From Fidelibacterota bacterium (GTDB taxonomy: Bacteria; Fidelibacterota; Marinisomatia; SCGC-AAA003-L08; GCA-002704045): DNA of 64,000 bases. Location of the stretch: the NCBI GenBank assembly GCA_002703375.1, contig NZTO01000006.1, positions 1,101-65,100 of the forward strand. Direction: 5' to 3'. Every line of letters starts with the position of its first letter. Position 1 is the stretch's first letter. Below the pieces are notes generated by a model. The model was not told the origin of the DNA. It worked only from the letters and a program-made list of their open reading frames with translations, and ran no database searches. Position numbers and translations under genes: made by a program. Positions 17,281 through 27,168 of the stretch are shown here, in pieces.

Positions 17281-19347
17281 ATGTTAAAGATCACAATACA
17301 GTTTTTACTTTTTTCTTTTCTATTATCTAATGAATCTTTGAATATGAATCTTATTTCAAATCTTACATTTGATGAAGAACTATCCGATATCATAGGGTTT
17401 TCACAAGACGGTAGAGAAATTGCTGTAGTAGGTTTAGAATCTTCTACAGTGCTTGTAGATGTTACGAACCCTTTTATACCATATGAAATTGTAAGAATTC
17501 CCGGTGGTATAAGTTCTTGGAGGGATATTAAATATTGGAATAGACATTTATATGTTGGTACAGAGGCAATTACGGATAATGGAATTCAAATAATAAGTGT
17601 TGATAATATTGATAATCCTATATTGGTTAATGTCTTAAATGATTTTGGTCCAAGTCATAATTTATGGATAGACAACGATGGTTTTTTGTATGTTTTAGGA
17701 GTTTTACAAGATTGTGATATATGGATTTACACTTTACAAAACCCAGAATTTCCTGAACAGGTTGGATGCTGGCAAGGAGAATATATTCATGATATTGATG
17801 TACTTAATAATAAATTATATGCAGCTGCAATCAATTCTAGCACAATTTATATTTTAGATATTGAAGAAAAAAATAATATTGAGATTTTAACTAGTTGGAC
17901 ATATCCAGGTGAGGCGCATGATTGTTCTATTACTTCAGATGAAAAATTTCTCATAACAGCCGATGAAATGCTATCTGGACATTTAAAAATATGGAACATA
18001 GAAGATTATGATAATGTAGAGCTAATTGGAGAATATGCTGCAAATCTAAATCATTCAGCTCATAATGTATATGTTAGAAATAATTTAGTTTTTGCTTCTT
18101 ATTATGCTGATGGTACTAGAGTAATTGATATTACTAACCCATCAGAGCCTGTGGAAGTAGCTTATTACGATACATCAAATATAGAAGGATTATATGTTGG
18201 TAACTGGGGAGTTTACCCTTTCTTACCAAGTAATTATATTATTTCGTCTGATATTGAAAGTGGTTTATTTATATTTGATCTTAATGGAATTGTTATTAAT
18301 CATTCAGAAATTAATATACAATCTCATTTCGATGAATATTATCAAGTTGAATTTGATTTAATTGAATTGAATTCATATCTTAGTGACGCTAAAATATATT
18401 TTAGAAATTTTACTATTGATAATGAGTGGACTAACTTAAATTTAAATACTAATAATAATACCTACTACGCAAATATTCCAAAACAAAACAATGGTTCTGT
18501 TATTCAATATTATATTGAAGTAACAGATCATAATGAAATGAAATATTATTACAATGAATATGATGCTGATAATCCAATGTTTTTCATAGTGGGGCAACTA
18601 CCAACCATTATTAGTGAAAACTTTGAAGAATACACTAGCTCAATTAATTGGAATTTATCAGATAATAGTAATGCGTTGAATGGAAATTGGGAACGTGGTA
18701 TACCTAATGGAACACAATTAAATAATATTCATGTTCAGCCATATGAAGATCATACAGAAAACGGTTATTATTGTTTTATGACTGGTAATTTAATGACTGA
18801 TGATCCATACTTTGATGATGTAGAATCTGGCTCCACCATTTTGATTAGTCCAACATATGATTTAATTGAATATGATAATTTAATTTTTTCTTTTGCTTAC
18901 TGGTTTAGTAATTCATTAGGTGATAACCCACAAGAAGATTTTTTTTCTGTTGATGTTTCAAATGATCTAGGACAGAATTGGATCAGCTTGAAAAATACTA
19001 ACATTCCAACAAACAATTGGGAAGAAACAAAAATAGTTATTTCAGATCAAATTAATATGACTGAAGAAATGATATTTAGATTTACAGTTTCAGATATCAA
19101 TGATAGTTCATTAGTAGAAGCAGCAATTGATGATATAGAAATACTAGCCTTTGGATATCCTTATAATTTTGGTGATGTTAACTTTGATAATAATATAGAC
19201 ATCATTGATATTGTTTTCATATTAGGTTACATACAATCAAATTTTTTATTTAATTTATTCCAAGAGCAAAATGCTGATTTTAATCAAGATAATATTATCA
19301 ATGTACTTGATATAGTTACAATTGTGGAATTTATATTAGCTGAATAA
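17281..19347 (+). CDS. Secreted LVIVD-repeat (choice-of-anchor-B-like) beta-propeller protein with MAM/lectin-like domain and C-terminal dockerin
   Basis: Signal peptide MLKITIQFLLFSFLLS. LVDVTNPFIPYEI..WRDIKYW, AHNVYVRNNLVFASYYADGTRVIDITNPSEP. Two EF-hand dockerin repeats at the C-terminus. Confidence 0.7.
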   Translation: MLKITIQFLLFSFLLSNESLNMNLISNLTFDEELSDIIGFSQDGREIAVVGLESSTVLVDVTNPFIPYEIVRIPGGISSWRDIKYWNRHLYVGTEAITDNGIQIISVDNIDNPILVNVLNDFGPSHNLWIDNDGFLYVLGVLQDCDIWIYTLQNPEFPEQVGCWQGEYIHDIDVLNNKLYAAAINSSTIYILDIEEKNNIEILTSWTYPGEAHDCSITSDEKFLITADEMLSGHLKIWNIEDYDNVELIGEYAANLNHSAHNVYVRNNLVFASYYADGTRVIDITNPSEPVEVAYYDTSNIEGLYVGNWGVYPFLPSNYIISSDIESGLFIFDLNGIVINHSEINIQSHFDEYYQVEFDLIELNSYLSDAKIYFRNFTIDNEWTNLNLNTNNNTYYANIPKQNNGSVIQYYIEVTDHNEMKYYYNEYDADNPMFFIVGQLPTIISENFEEYTSSINWNLSDNSNALNGNWERGIPNGTQLNNIHVQPYEDHTENGYYCFMTGNLMTDDPYFDDVESGSTILISPTYDLIEYDNLIFSFAYWFSNSLGDNPQEDFFSVDVSNDLGQNWISLKNTNIPTNNWEETKIVISDQINMTEEMIFRFTVSDINDSSLVEAAIDDIEILAFGYPYNFGDVNFDNNIDIIDIVFILGYIQSNFLFNLFQEQNADFNQDNIINVLDIVTIVEFILAE
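19171..19344 (+). other. Type-I-like dockerin module (two Ca-binding F-hand repeats)
   Basis: GDVNFDNNIDIIDIVFILGYI and ADFNQDNIINVLDIVTIVEFIL. Asp/Asn at loop positions 1, 3, 5, 9 and 12 in both repeats. Confidence 0.75.
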
Positions 19348-19351
19348 TAAT

Positions 19352-20425
19352 ATGACAGGTCATGAAAAATATATGTTTAGAGCTATAGAACTAGCAAAAC
19401 TTGGTAGCGGGTATGTTTCTCCCAATCCAATGGTTGGATGTGTTTTAGTAAAAAATGATAAAATTATTGGTGAAGGTTTTCATGAAAAATATGGTGGTCC
19501 ACATGCAGAAGACATGGCTATTAAAAATTCTTATGAATTGCCTTTAGACTCAACAGCTTATATTAATCTCGAACCTTGTTGTATTGAATCAAAAACCCCA
19601 CCTTGCACTAAACTATTGTACGAAAATGGAATAAAAGAATGCTATATTTCAATTTTAGACCCAAATCCAAAAATTGCTGGTAATGGAGTAAAAGCATTAA
19701 AAGAATTTGGAATTAAAGTACATATTGGTTTGTGTAAAGAAATGTCACAAAAATTAAACAAAGGTTTCATAAAGTGGATTACGCAAGGCAAACCTTGGGT
19801 AATATTGAAAATTGCTCAGTCTAAAAATGGATTTTTAGGTTTAAATAACTCTACGAGAACACAAATTACAACCAATGAATCAATTTGTGATGTTCACAAT
19901 TTGAGAACTAAAGTTGATGCTATTTTAATTGGTAAAAATACTGCTTTGGTGGATAATCCTAAATTAACTGTTAGATATGCAAAGGGTACTAATCCATTAA
20001 GAATAATATTAGATACAAATAGAAAACTTCCTTTAGATTTAAATGTATTTAGAGATCAATTAGCTGAAACAATTGTATTATGCTCCAAAGATAAGTTTTC
20101 TAATAGCAGAACATCATTCTGTAAATATATTGCTGTCCAGGAACAGAATGGGAAGCTTAGTTTGAATGAAAGTTTAATAGCAATTGCAAATGAGGGAGTA
20201 ACAACATTATTAATTGAAAGTGGACCTGAACTTATAAAGTCTCTTATGGATGAAAATTTAATTGATGAGCTTTATCTTTACAGTTCAAATAAAAATTTAA
20301 AAAATGCAGATTTAAAAAATCCTTTAAAATTATCCAATAAATGGAAAATAAATTTTTCAAAAGATATTGGTGAAGATAATTTAATTAACGCAGAAAGAAA
20401 ATTAGAATGTTTACAGGAATTATAG
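19352..20425 (+). CDS. ribD: Bifunctional diaminohydroxyphosphoribosylaminopyrimidine deaminase / 5-amino-6-(5-phosphoribosylamino)uracil reductase
   Basis: MFRAIELAKLG..SPNPMVGCVLV, HAEDMAI and LEPCC...TPPC deaminase zinc motifs, plus a reductase half. Confidence 0.9.
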   Translation: MTGHEKYMFRAIELAKLGSGYVSPNPMVGCVLVKNDKIIGEGFHEKYGGPHAEDMAIKNSYELPLDSTAYINLEPCCIESKTPPCTKLLYENGIKECYISILDPNPKIAGNGVKALKEFGIKVHIGLCKEMSQKLNKGFIKWITQGKPWVILKIAQSKNGFLGLNNSTRTQITTNESICDVHNLRTKVDAILIGKNTALVDNPKLTVRYAKGTNPLRIILDTNRKLPLDLNVFRDQLAETIVLCSKDKFSNSRTSFCKYIAVQEQNGKLSLNESLIAIANEGVTTLLIESGPELIKSLMDENLIDELYLYSSNKNLKNADLKNPLKLSNKWKINFSKDIGEDNLINAERKLECLQEL

Positions 20426-21042
20426 AAGATATAGGCATAGTTAAAAAAATCAATTCTACAAAAACTGGTAGAGAATTTTTCATAACGTCCAATGATATCA
20501 TTTTTTCTGAAATTAAAATTGGTGATAGCTTATCAATAAATGGAGTATGTTTAACGTTAGTAGAAAAGTATAATAAATTACTAAAATTTCAAATAGTGAC
20601 AGAAACACTTCGTTGCACAAATTTGGGTAAAGTAAAAGAAAATAGTTATGTTAATTTAGAACGAGCTTTGAAAATATCTGATAGAATAGATGGTCATATT
20701 TTGCAAGGTCACGTAGAAAACATTGGATATTTAAAAGAAACTAAAGAAATTGGTGATAGTCTAATAATAAATATCGAAATAGAACCTGAGCTATTAAAGT
20801 ATTGTATAGTCAAAGGTTCAATAGGAATAAATGGCGTATCCTTAACAATTGCTAACATTACGAAAAATATTATTTCAATAGCAATAATACCACATACTAA
20901 AGACAAAACTACTATAGGAAAAATGAAAAAAGGTGATATGGTGAATATTGAAACTGATATATTATCAAAGTATATTGAGAATTTTTTTAATTTTAATAAA
21001 AATAAATACAAAAACATATATGAAGGTCTAAAAAGTAAATGA
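20407..21042 (+). CDS. ribE: Riboflavin synthase (alpha chain)
   Basis: MFTGIIEDIG...GDSLSINGVCLT and a second-half repeat GSIGINGVSLTI. Confidence 0.9.
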   Translation: MFTGIIEDIGIVKKINSTKTGREFFITSNDIIFSEIKIGDSLSINGVCLTLVEKYNKLLKFQIVTETLRCTNLGKVKENSYVNLERALKISDRIDGHILQGHVENIGYLKETKEIGDSLIINIEIEPELLKYCIVKGSIGINGVSLTIANITKNIISIAIIPHTKDKTTIGKMKKGDMVNIETDILSKYIENFFNFNKNKYKNIYEGLKSK

Positions 21043-22241
21043 CAAATTTTAGCTCAATTAAAGATACAATCAAACAATTCTCTAAGGGTAAAATGATTAT
21101 TGTTGTTGATGATGAGAATAGAGAAAATGAAGGTGATTTTATCATAGCTGCAGATAAAGTTAAGCCTGATGATATAAATTTTATGATAAAGGAAGGTAAA
21201 GGTCTATTGTGTGTACCAATAACTAAAGATAATGCAAATAGACTAGAATTAGAGCCAATGGTCTCTAAGTATTCATCTTTACATGAAACGGCTTTTACTA
21301 TTAGTGTAGATGCAATAAAGAACTGTACAACAGGTATTTCAACAAATGATAGATATAACACTATACAAACAATCATAGATAAAAAATCTAAACCTCAAGA
21401 TCTTGCTAGACCAGGTCATATGTTCCCTTTGATTGCTAAAGAAGGGGGTGTTTTAAGAAGGGCTGGACACACCGAAGCTGCTGTAGATTTAGCAATTTTA
21501 GCTGGATGTCATCCATCTGCAGTTATTGTAGAGATTGTTGATGACGATGGTACAATGGCTAGACTTGATAAACTTCTTAAAATTGCAGAAAAATTCAACC
21601 TTCCAATAATATCTATTGCAGATCTAATTAAATATAGGAGAAAAAACACAAAATTAGTTGACTTAGTTTCTCAGATACCATTTCCAACAAAATATGGTGA
21701 CTTTAAGTTAAATCTTTTTGAAGACAAGATATTTAAAAGTAATCATTTGGCTATTGTTAAAGGAGATATAAAACCTGATAATGAAACAATTGTTCGTGTT
21801 CACTCTCAATGTTTGACAGGAGACTTATTTGATTCATTGAGATGTGATTGTGGTGATCAATTGCATAGCGCCCTTGAAATAATAGAAAAAGAAGGAAATG
21901 GTGTTTTAGTATACCTAAGACAAGAAGGAAGAGGTATTGGATTAAAAAATAAAATTTTAGCGTATAAATTGCAGGATACTGGTTTAGATACCGTTGAAGC
22001 AAATGAAAAATTAGGATTTGCCCCAGATCTTAGAGAATATGGAATTGGTGCGCAAATATTAAGAGAGTGTAATGTTAAAAAAATGAAATTGTTAACAAAT
22101 AACCCTAGAAAAATAATAGGCTTAGAAGGTTTTGGTCTTGAAGTAGTTTCAAGATTACCAATCGAAATTGAATCAAATGATGTAAACAAAAAATATATGG
22201 ATACAAAAAGAGAAAAGTTAGGACATTTGCTAGGTAAATAA
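21039..22241 (+). CDS. ribBA: Bifunctional 3,4-dihydroxy-2-butanone-4-phosphate synthase / GTP cyclohydrolase II
   Basis: VVDDENRENEGDFI, RPGHMFPL..GGVLRRAGHTEAAVDL, and VHSQCLTGDLFDSLRCDCG..EGRGIGL. Confidence 0.95.
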   Translation: MTNFSSIKDTIKQFSKGKMIIVVDDENRENEGDFIIAADKVKPDDINFMIKEGKGLLCVPITKDNANRLELEPMVSKYSSLHETAFTISVDAIKNCTTGISTNDRYNTIQTIIDKKSKPQDLARPGHMFPLIAKEGGVLRRAGHTEAAVDLAILAGCHPSAVIVEIVDDDGTMARLDKLLKIAEKFNLPIISIADLIKYRRKNTKLVDLVSQIPFPTKYGDFKLNLFEDKIFKSNHLAIVKGDIKPDNETIVRVHSQCLTGDLFDSLRCDCGDQLHSALEIIEKEGNGVLVYLRQEGRGIGLKNKILAYKLQDTGLDTVEANEKLGFAPDLREYGIGAQILRECNVKKMKLLTNNPRKIIGLEGFGLEVVSRLPIEIESNDVNKKYMDTKREKLGHLLGK

Positions 22242-22243
22242 TT

Positions 22244-22714
22244 ATGAAAAGTATCTTGGGTAATTTAGATGCAAAAAAAATAAAGATAGTTATTATATTC
22301 GCAAAATATAATTCAATAATAGTTAATAAATTATTGGATGGCGCTCTTGATGCTTTTGATTATTATCAAGGTGATAAAAAAAATATAATTCTTATTCAAG
22401 TACCTGGTGCATTTGAAATTCCAGGAGTAATTAATCAAGTAATGGATAATATTAAAACTGATTGCATATTAGCTTTAGGTTCAATTATTAGAGGTGGAAC
22501 ACCTCATTTTGATTATGTCGCTGGAGAATCTAGTAATGGGATTGCATTTTTTTCTAAAACTAAAAATATTCCAGTAATTAATGGTATATTGACAACAGAT
22601 AATATTGAGCAAGCTCTTGAAAGAGCAGGTACAAAAGCGGGTAATAAAGGCTGGGAATTAATGGAAACTGCTATAGAGACTTCGTCAATTTATAAACAAA
22701 TACAAAACAATTAA
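22244..22714 (+). CDS. ribH: 6,7-dimethyl-8-ribityllumazine synthase
   Basis: VPGAFEIPG, GSIIRGGTPHFDYVA and ERAGTKAGNKG. Confidence 0.9.
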   Translation: MKSILGNLDAKKIKIVIIFAKYNSIIVNKLLDGALDAFDYYQGDKKNIILIQVPGAFEIPGVINQVMDNIKTDCILALGSIIRGGTPHFDYVAGESSNGIAFFSKTKNIPVINGILTTDNIEQALERAGTKAGNKGWELMETAIETSSIYKQIQNN

Positions 22715-22748
22715 TCAGTTTAAAAATATTATCAGTTTTTTTATATTT

Positions 22749-25190
22749 TTGACTATTGCATTTTCAAATGTTGATTTCAATAAATGGGAACATTTTACAT
22801 CCTTCATCACACCTAATGATATTTTAATTCAAGATAATGTTATTTTATATACATCTAGTGGAGGGCTAGTTGAATATAACATTTATGAAAATACATTTAA
22901 TCATATTGATAAAAATAATCTATTATTACTTGATTTAAATAATATAACTATTTTTAAAAATGATTATATTATCACTGGTAAAGGACCATCTGAATCTAAA
23001 TTGCAAATCTTAGATGATAAAATGGTTTTAAAAGAAAACTATAGTATATCAGAGTCAATAAATGAAATAATTCATATTGGATATTTAGATACATTAGTGT
23101 TTGTTACATACAGAATTCAAAACGATTATGGAATAATGCAATTTTCTTTTGAAGATAATGAATATCATTACAATGATTATTATGAGATTTTTCCCGTTCC
23201 AATATCAAAAATATCTGATTTTGATGTTGTTGGAGAATCAATTGTAATTACAACTCCTGAAGGATTACTTAAGGCTAACATTTATGACAATTTAAAATCA
23301 CCAGCTAATTGGACAGTTTATAATACTCCTTTTGAAACTTTACAATACCACGAAAGAAATGATATTATATATTTAGGAGGATATGATAATAATGTAATTC
23401 AATCAATAGAAAATAATTGGTCAAATCTTAATTTAGATTTCAATGAATCTATTATTGATGATTCATTAGAAATTGAAATTCTAGATATTATTCAATATGA
23501 CAATAGTATCTTATTTTTAACAAAAAAAGAAGTTATTATCATAGGGGATAAAGATTTAAAATTTGAAATTCCAATTGATTCTGAATTCACTTGTGTAGAT
23601 TTCAATAATAATATCATTGTTTTAGGTGTTAAGAATAATGGTATATTAAAATATGACTTTTTTTCTGGCGAGTTTGATTTTTTAAAACCAAATTCACCAT
23701 TTTTTAATCAATATGATGCAATAACTACATTAACAAATGGATCATTAGTTGGAGTAGCAAACAGGATCGAATTTATAGAAAATTCTAGACACAACATTTT
23801 AGCAGGTGTTACTTTATTTCAAAATGGAAATTATTATAATTATATATCAAAGAAGTCTATTGAAAACTATGAAATTATTTTAAATGATCAAAATACATAT
23901 AATTCTATTATTGATTATTTTCCAGGAGATAATAACACTTGGAGTGTAGTATCAAAAATTGATAATGAGATATTTTTTAGCAATAGTGGCATTTGGCCTG
24001 ATCAGGATAATGAAAAAGGCGGCTTAATATCACTAAACTTAAATGATGCCAGTATAGAAATCTTTGATACGACTTCATCAATATTAAGTGGTTTAAATGG
24101 AATATATAATAATTCATGGATAAATCCATACCTAACTATAAATCAACTTTACATTGATGAAACCAAAAATTTGTGGGTTATTAACCCTTATGGTGAATCT
24201 GATACTTCAATAGCGGTTGTTAGATCTCAGAATGATAAATGGACTAAGATATATCCTAATGATATTGAATCTTTTTATCCAACTGAGGTAATTGTAGACC
24301 AAAATAAATTAGCTTGGTTTGCTTTTCATAATCAAAGTTATCATATATCAAACAATAATATTAATAATTATTCAAATGGTGGAGTACAAGTTTTAGATTA
24401 TAATAATATTATTGATGGTCAAGATGACGAATGGTTAACAATAATCAATAAAGAGGTTTTACCAAGCTTTTCAAATGGAACTAATTGTTCAGTATTTTCG
24501 ATTGCAAGTGATAAGCAAAATAAAATTTGGTTATTAACATCTGTTGGTATTCAAGGATATCTTTATTACAAATCTGGTTCAAATATTACTTTAATCCCAA
24601 TGTATATAGACAATAACCAAAATTTGATAAATTACTTGTCAAATTTATCATTTCAAGAAGGTGATTGTATAAAAGTCGATCCTAATGATAATATTTGGGT
24701 AACTACTCAAGATGATGGTGTCTATTTAATTTTAAAAGATAGTAGTCCTTTGGATGATCATATTAAGATTTCAATTTCAAATTCTGAAATATTATCAAAT
24801 AAAATATATGATATTTCAATTGATGAGATAAATGGAAAAGTTTATTTTTCTACAGAAAAAGGCATATCATTTTCAAGCTTTCCCATTGAATTGGTTGAAT
24901 CTAATAATAATAATTCAGTCAAAATATCGCCTAATCCATTACTAATTCCTTATGGAAATGTTCAAATATCAAATATATATCCAGGATCAAAAGTAAAAAT
25001 TTTTGATATTAACGGGAATTTAAAAGCAATTCTTACTAATACTATATTAGGTGAAAATGACACAATGTTTTTATGGGATGGTAAAAATAAAAATGGAGAA
25101 TATGTTGGTTCAGGAATTTATCTCGTTTTAACTTATCATGAAGTTGGCGGATCTAATATTGCAAAAATAGCTGTTATTAATAATAATTAA
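22749..25190 (+). CDS. Beta-propeller-repeat secreted protein with T9SS C-terminal sorting domain (start codon uncertain)
   Basis: Repetitive W/Y-rich propeller-like blocks (NLWVINPYG, KIWLLTSVG, NIWVTTQDDGVY, KVYFSTEKG). The only canonical start is TTG at 22749, but a signal-peptide-like extension lies upstream in frame. Confidence 0.65.
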   Translation: MTIAFSNVDFNKWEHFTSFITPNDILIQDNVILYTSSGGLVEYNIYENTFNHIDKNNLLLLDLNNITIFKNDYIITGKGPSESKLQILDDKMVLKENYSISESINEIIHIGYLDTLVFVTYRIQNDYGIMQFSFEDNEYHYNDYYEIFPVPISKISDFDVVGESIVITTPEGLLKANIYDNLKSPANWTVYNTPFETLQYHERNDIIYLGGYDNNVIQSIENNWSNLNLDFNESIIDDSLEIEILDIIQYDNSILFLTKKEVIIIGDKDLKFEIPIDSEFTCVDFNNNIIVLGVKNNGILKYDFFSGEFDFLKPNSPFFNQYDAITTLTNGSLVGVANRIEFIENSRHNILAGVTLFQNGNYYNYISKKSIENYEIILNDQNTYNSIIDYFPGDNNTWSVVSKIDNEIFFSNSGIWPDQDNEKGGLISLNLNDASIEIFDTTSSILSGLNGIYNNSWINPYLTINQLYIDETKNLWVINPYGESDTSIAVVRSQNDKWTKIYPNDIESFYPTEVIVDQNKLAWFAFHNQSYHISNNNINNYSNGGVQVLDYNNIIDGQDDEWLTIINKEVLPSFSNGTNCSVFSIASDKQNKIWLLTSVGIQGYLYYKSGSNITLIPMYIDNNQNLINYLSNLSFQEGDCIKVDPNDNIWVTTQDDGVYLILKDSSPLDDHIKISISNSEILSNKIYDISIDEINGKVYFSTEKGISFSSFPIELVESNNNNSVKISPNPLLIPYGNVQISNIYPGSKVKIFDINGNLKAILTNTILGENDTMFLWDGKNKNGEYVGSGIYLVLTYHEVGGSNIAKIAVINNN
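24926..25187 (+). other. T9SS/FlgD-like C-terminal sorting domain
   Basis: ISPNPLLIP...VKIFDINGNLKAIL...WDGKNKNGEYVGSGIYLVL. Confidence 0.65.
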
Positions 25191-25205
25191 AATTATTATA
25201 ATAGT

Positions 25206-27056
25206 TTATTTTGATCTTTTGTAAATGTAGTATATAATTATTACTAAAGATATAACTGTAATATTTGATTCAAGTGTAAAGTTGTTGTTAAATCCAAAAC
25301 TAACTATTACCGCAAGAAATATTCCCATAAGTGATTCGCCAGCAATTAAGCCAGATGATAATAATATACCATTATCAATATTAATTCGATTATCTTTATT
25401 GTTATTTTTTTTATCGATTATATATGATATTAATCCGCCTAAAAATATAGGAATTGATAAACCAAAAGGTAAATACATACCAACTGCTATTGGCATAATA
25501 TGCATTCTAAAAGTTCGATTTTGTTTTTCTAACAAATAATCTATTAATATTATTACAATGCCAATGAATACTCCAATAATAACTAATATCCAAGGAAGTT
25601 CACCATTGCCAAAAAATCCTTTTACTAAACTTGCAAAAAGACCAGCTTGGGGAGCAGCTAACTCTCTACCACCTATTCCACCAGGAGTATTGTTATGAAG
25701 TAATTGTAATGTTGGACCCATTACAAGTGCAGCAAAAGCAACACCTATAATTTGCATTATTTGTTGTTTATATGGAACAGCTCCAACAATTTGTCCTGTC
25801 TTGAGATCATTACAAACATCGCCAGAAGTACAAGCTGCACAACATACGATAGCTGCTACGCCCAAAGTAGCTATCATACCATTCATTCCTGAGAAACCAA
25901 ACACATAGAGTAAGCCACCAGTAAACATTACTGCAGTGATTGTCATACCTGATACAGGTGAGTTCGAGTTTCCAACAAGTCCAACAATATATGATGCAAC
26001 TGCAGTAAAAAAGAATGACATTATAACCATTGTAATAGATGTAACAATGGTAATTGTTATATTTTTTGTTAAATAATAATATACTGATGCAACAAGTAAG
26101 ATAGCTAAAGTTGAAAAAAAGTTTATTTTTTTGGAAGATAAATTTTTATGGTTTTTGATATTTTTTGTTGATTTATTTGTAAATAATATTTTTACAGCAT
26201 CAACTAATCCTGATCTTACTTTATAAATAGAAGCAATTCCACCAATAATCATTGCACCAACACCAATATATCTAATTTTTGTTGACCATATTGTCCATGC
26301 ACCCAAAAGAGGTTCATTAATATAAATATTTCCTTGTCCTAAAAAGGGCATAGCTATAATCCAAGCTATGAAGCCACCAATAAAAACTAAAATTGCAATA
26401 TTAATTTTAACTATATAGCCTACTGCTAATAATGCAGGCGATATATCACTTCCAAAATAAAAAATTTTATTATGACTTATAAAAGCATATTCTAAAGTAG
26501 ACTTGAAAGCTCCAACATAGGATGTTAAATATTTAAATAATGCACCAACAAAAGTACCTTCGATTATTAATTGAGCTGATTTTGAATTTTTGGTTTTTTT
26601 TCCTGCTTTTAATACTGATGCGCAAGCAATACCTTCAGGATATTTTAAATTAGAATTGTTTTTTTCAATAAATACTTCTCTCATAGGTATCATGAAAAGT
26701 ATTCCCAACAAACCTCCTGTAAAAGCAATCACAGTAGTAAGGATTAGATTGAATTCTTGCCAAGCGCCAATAATAATTAATGCTGGCATTGTGAATATGA
26801 TCCCAGCTGCTAATGATTCACCAGCAGAAGCAGCGGTTTGAATCTGATTTGCTTCAAGGATAAAGTCATTGTTTTTATTAAAGAATTTATTAATATATTT
26901 AAGAATTAACATACCTATAACTGATGCTGGGATTGATGCAGAAACAGTCATTCCTGCTTTTAAGCCCATATATACATTTGCAGCTCCCATAATCATCGAT
27001 AAAAGAATTCCTATTAAAATAACTTTTATATTTAATTCATTTATAAGTTTTGTCAT
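25206..27056 (-). CDS. OPT family oligopeptide transporter
   Basis: About 616-630 aa polytopic membrane protein. GAANVYMGLKAGMTVSASIPASVIGM is the OPT N-terminal signature as I recall it. The ATG at 27056 (MTKLINEL) is preferred over 27098. Confidence 0.75.
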   Translation of the reverse strand: MTKLINELNIKVILIGILLSMIMGAANVYMGLKAGMTVSASIPASVIGMLILKYINKFFNKNNDFILEANQIQTAASAGESLAAGIIFTMPALIIIGAWQEFNLILTTVIAFTGGLLGILFMIPMREVFIEKNNSNLKYPEGIACASVLKAGKKTKNSKSAQLIIEGTFVGALFKYLTSYVGAFKSTLEYAFISHNKIFYFGSDISPALLAVGYIVKINIAILVFIGGFIAWIIAMPFLGQGNIYINEPLLGAWTIWSTKIRYIGVGAMIIGGIASIYKVRSGLVDAVKILFTNKSTKNIKNHKNLSSKKINFFSTLAILLVASVYYYLTKNITITIVTSITMVIMSFFFTAVASYIVGLVGNSNSPVSGMTITAVMFTGGLLYVFGFSGMNGMIATLGVAAIVCCAACTSGDVCNDLKTGQIVGAVPYKQQIMQIIGVAFAALVMGPTLQLLHNNTPGGIGGRELAAPQAGLFASLVKGFFGNGELPWILVIIGVFIGIVIILIDYLLEKQNRTFRMHIMPIAVGMYLPFGLSIPIFLGGLISYIIDKKNNNKDNRINIDNGILLSSGLIAGESLMGIFLAVIVSFGFNNNFTLESNITVISLVIIIYYIYKRSK

Positions 27057-27168
27057 AAAATATCCTTGTGAAGAATCATAAAAAATAAAATTATACAATC
27101 ATAATTTATACTATTGAATGTAAATTAAATACGAAAAAACTATGTAAAATAAAATTTATAAGATTTAA

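Noticed and set aside
19300-19400. Expected an FMN riboswitch upstream of the ribD-ribE-ribBA-ribH operon
   Set aside because: Only 4 nt separate ribD from the preceding stop codon, and no FMN-element-like conserved sequence is visible nearby. The operon is apparently read through from upstream or regulated otherwise.
20709-22189. Several 80-127 aa minus-strand ORFs inside ribE and ribBA
   Set aside because: They lie entirely within strongly supported sense genes. They are low-complexity hydrophobic translations with no start context.
27057-27098. Longer start for the OPT transporter, and similarly 27467-27523 for folK, 1753-1767 for tmk and 29384-29398 for HIT
   Set aside because: Internal ATGs give N-termini that match the family starts and produce the overlap junctions typical of this genome. 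The extensions add non-conserved residues.
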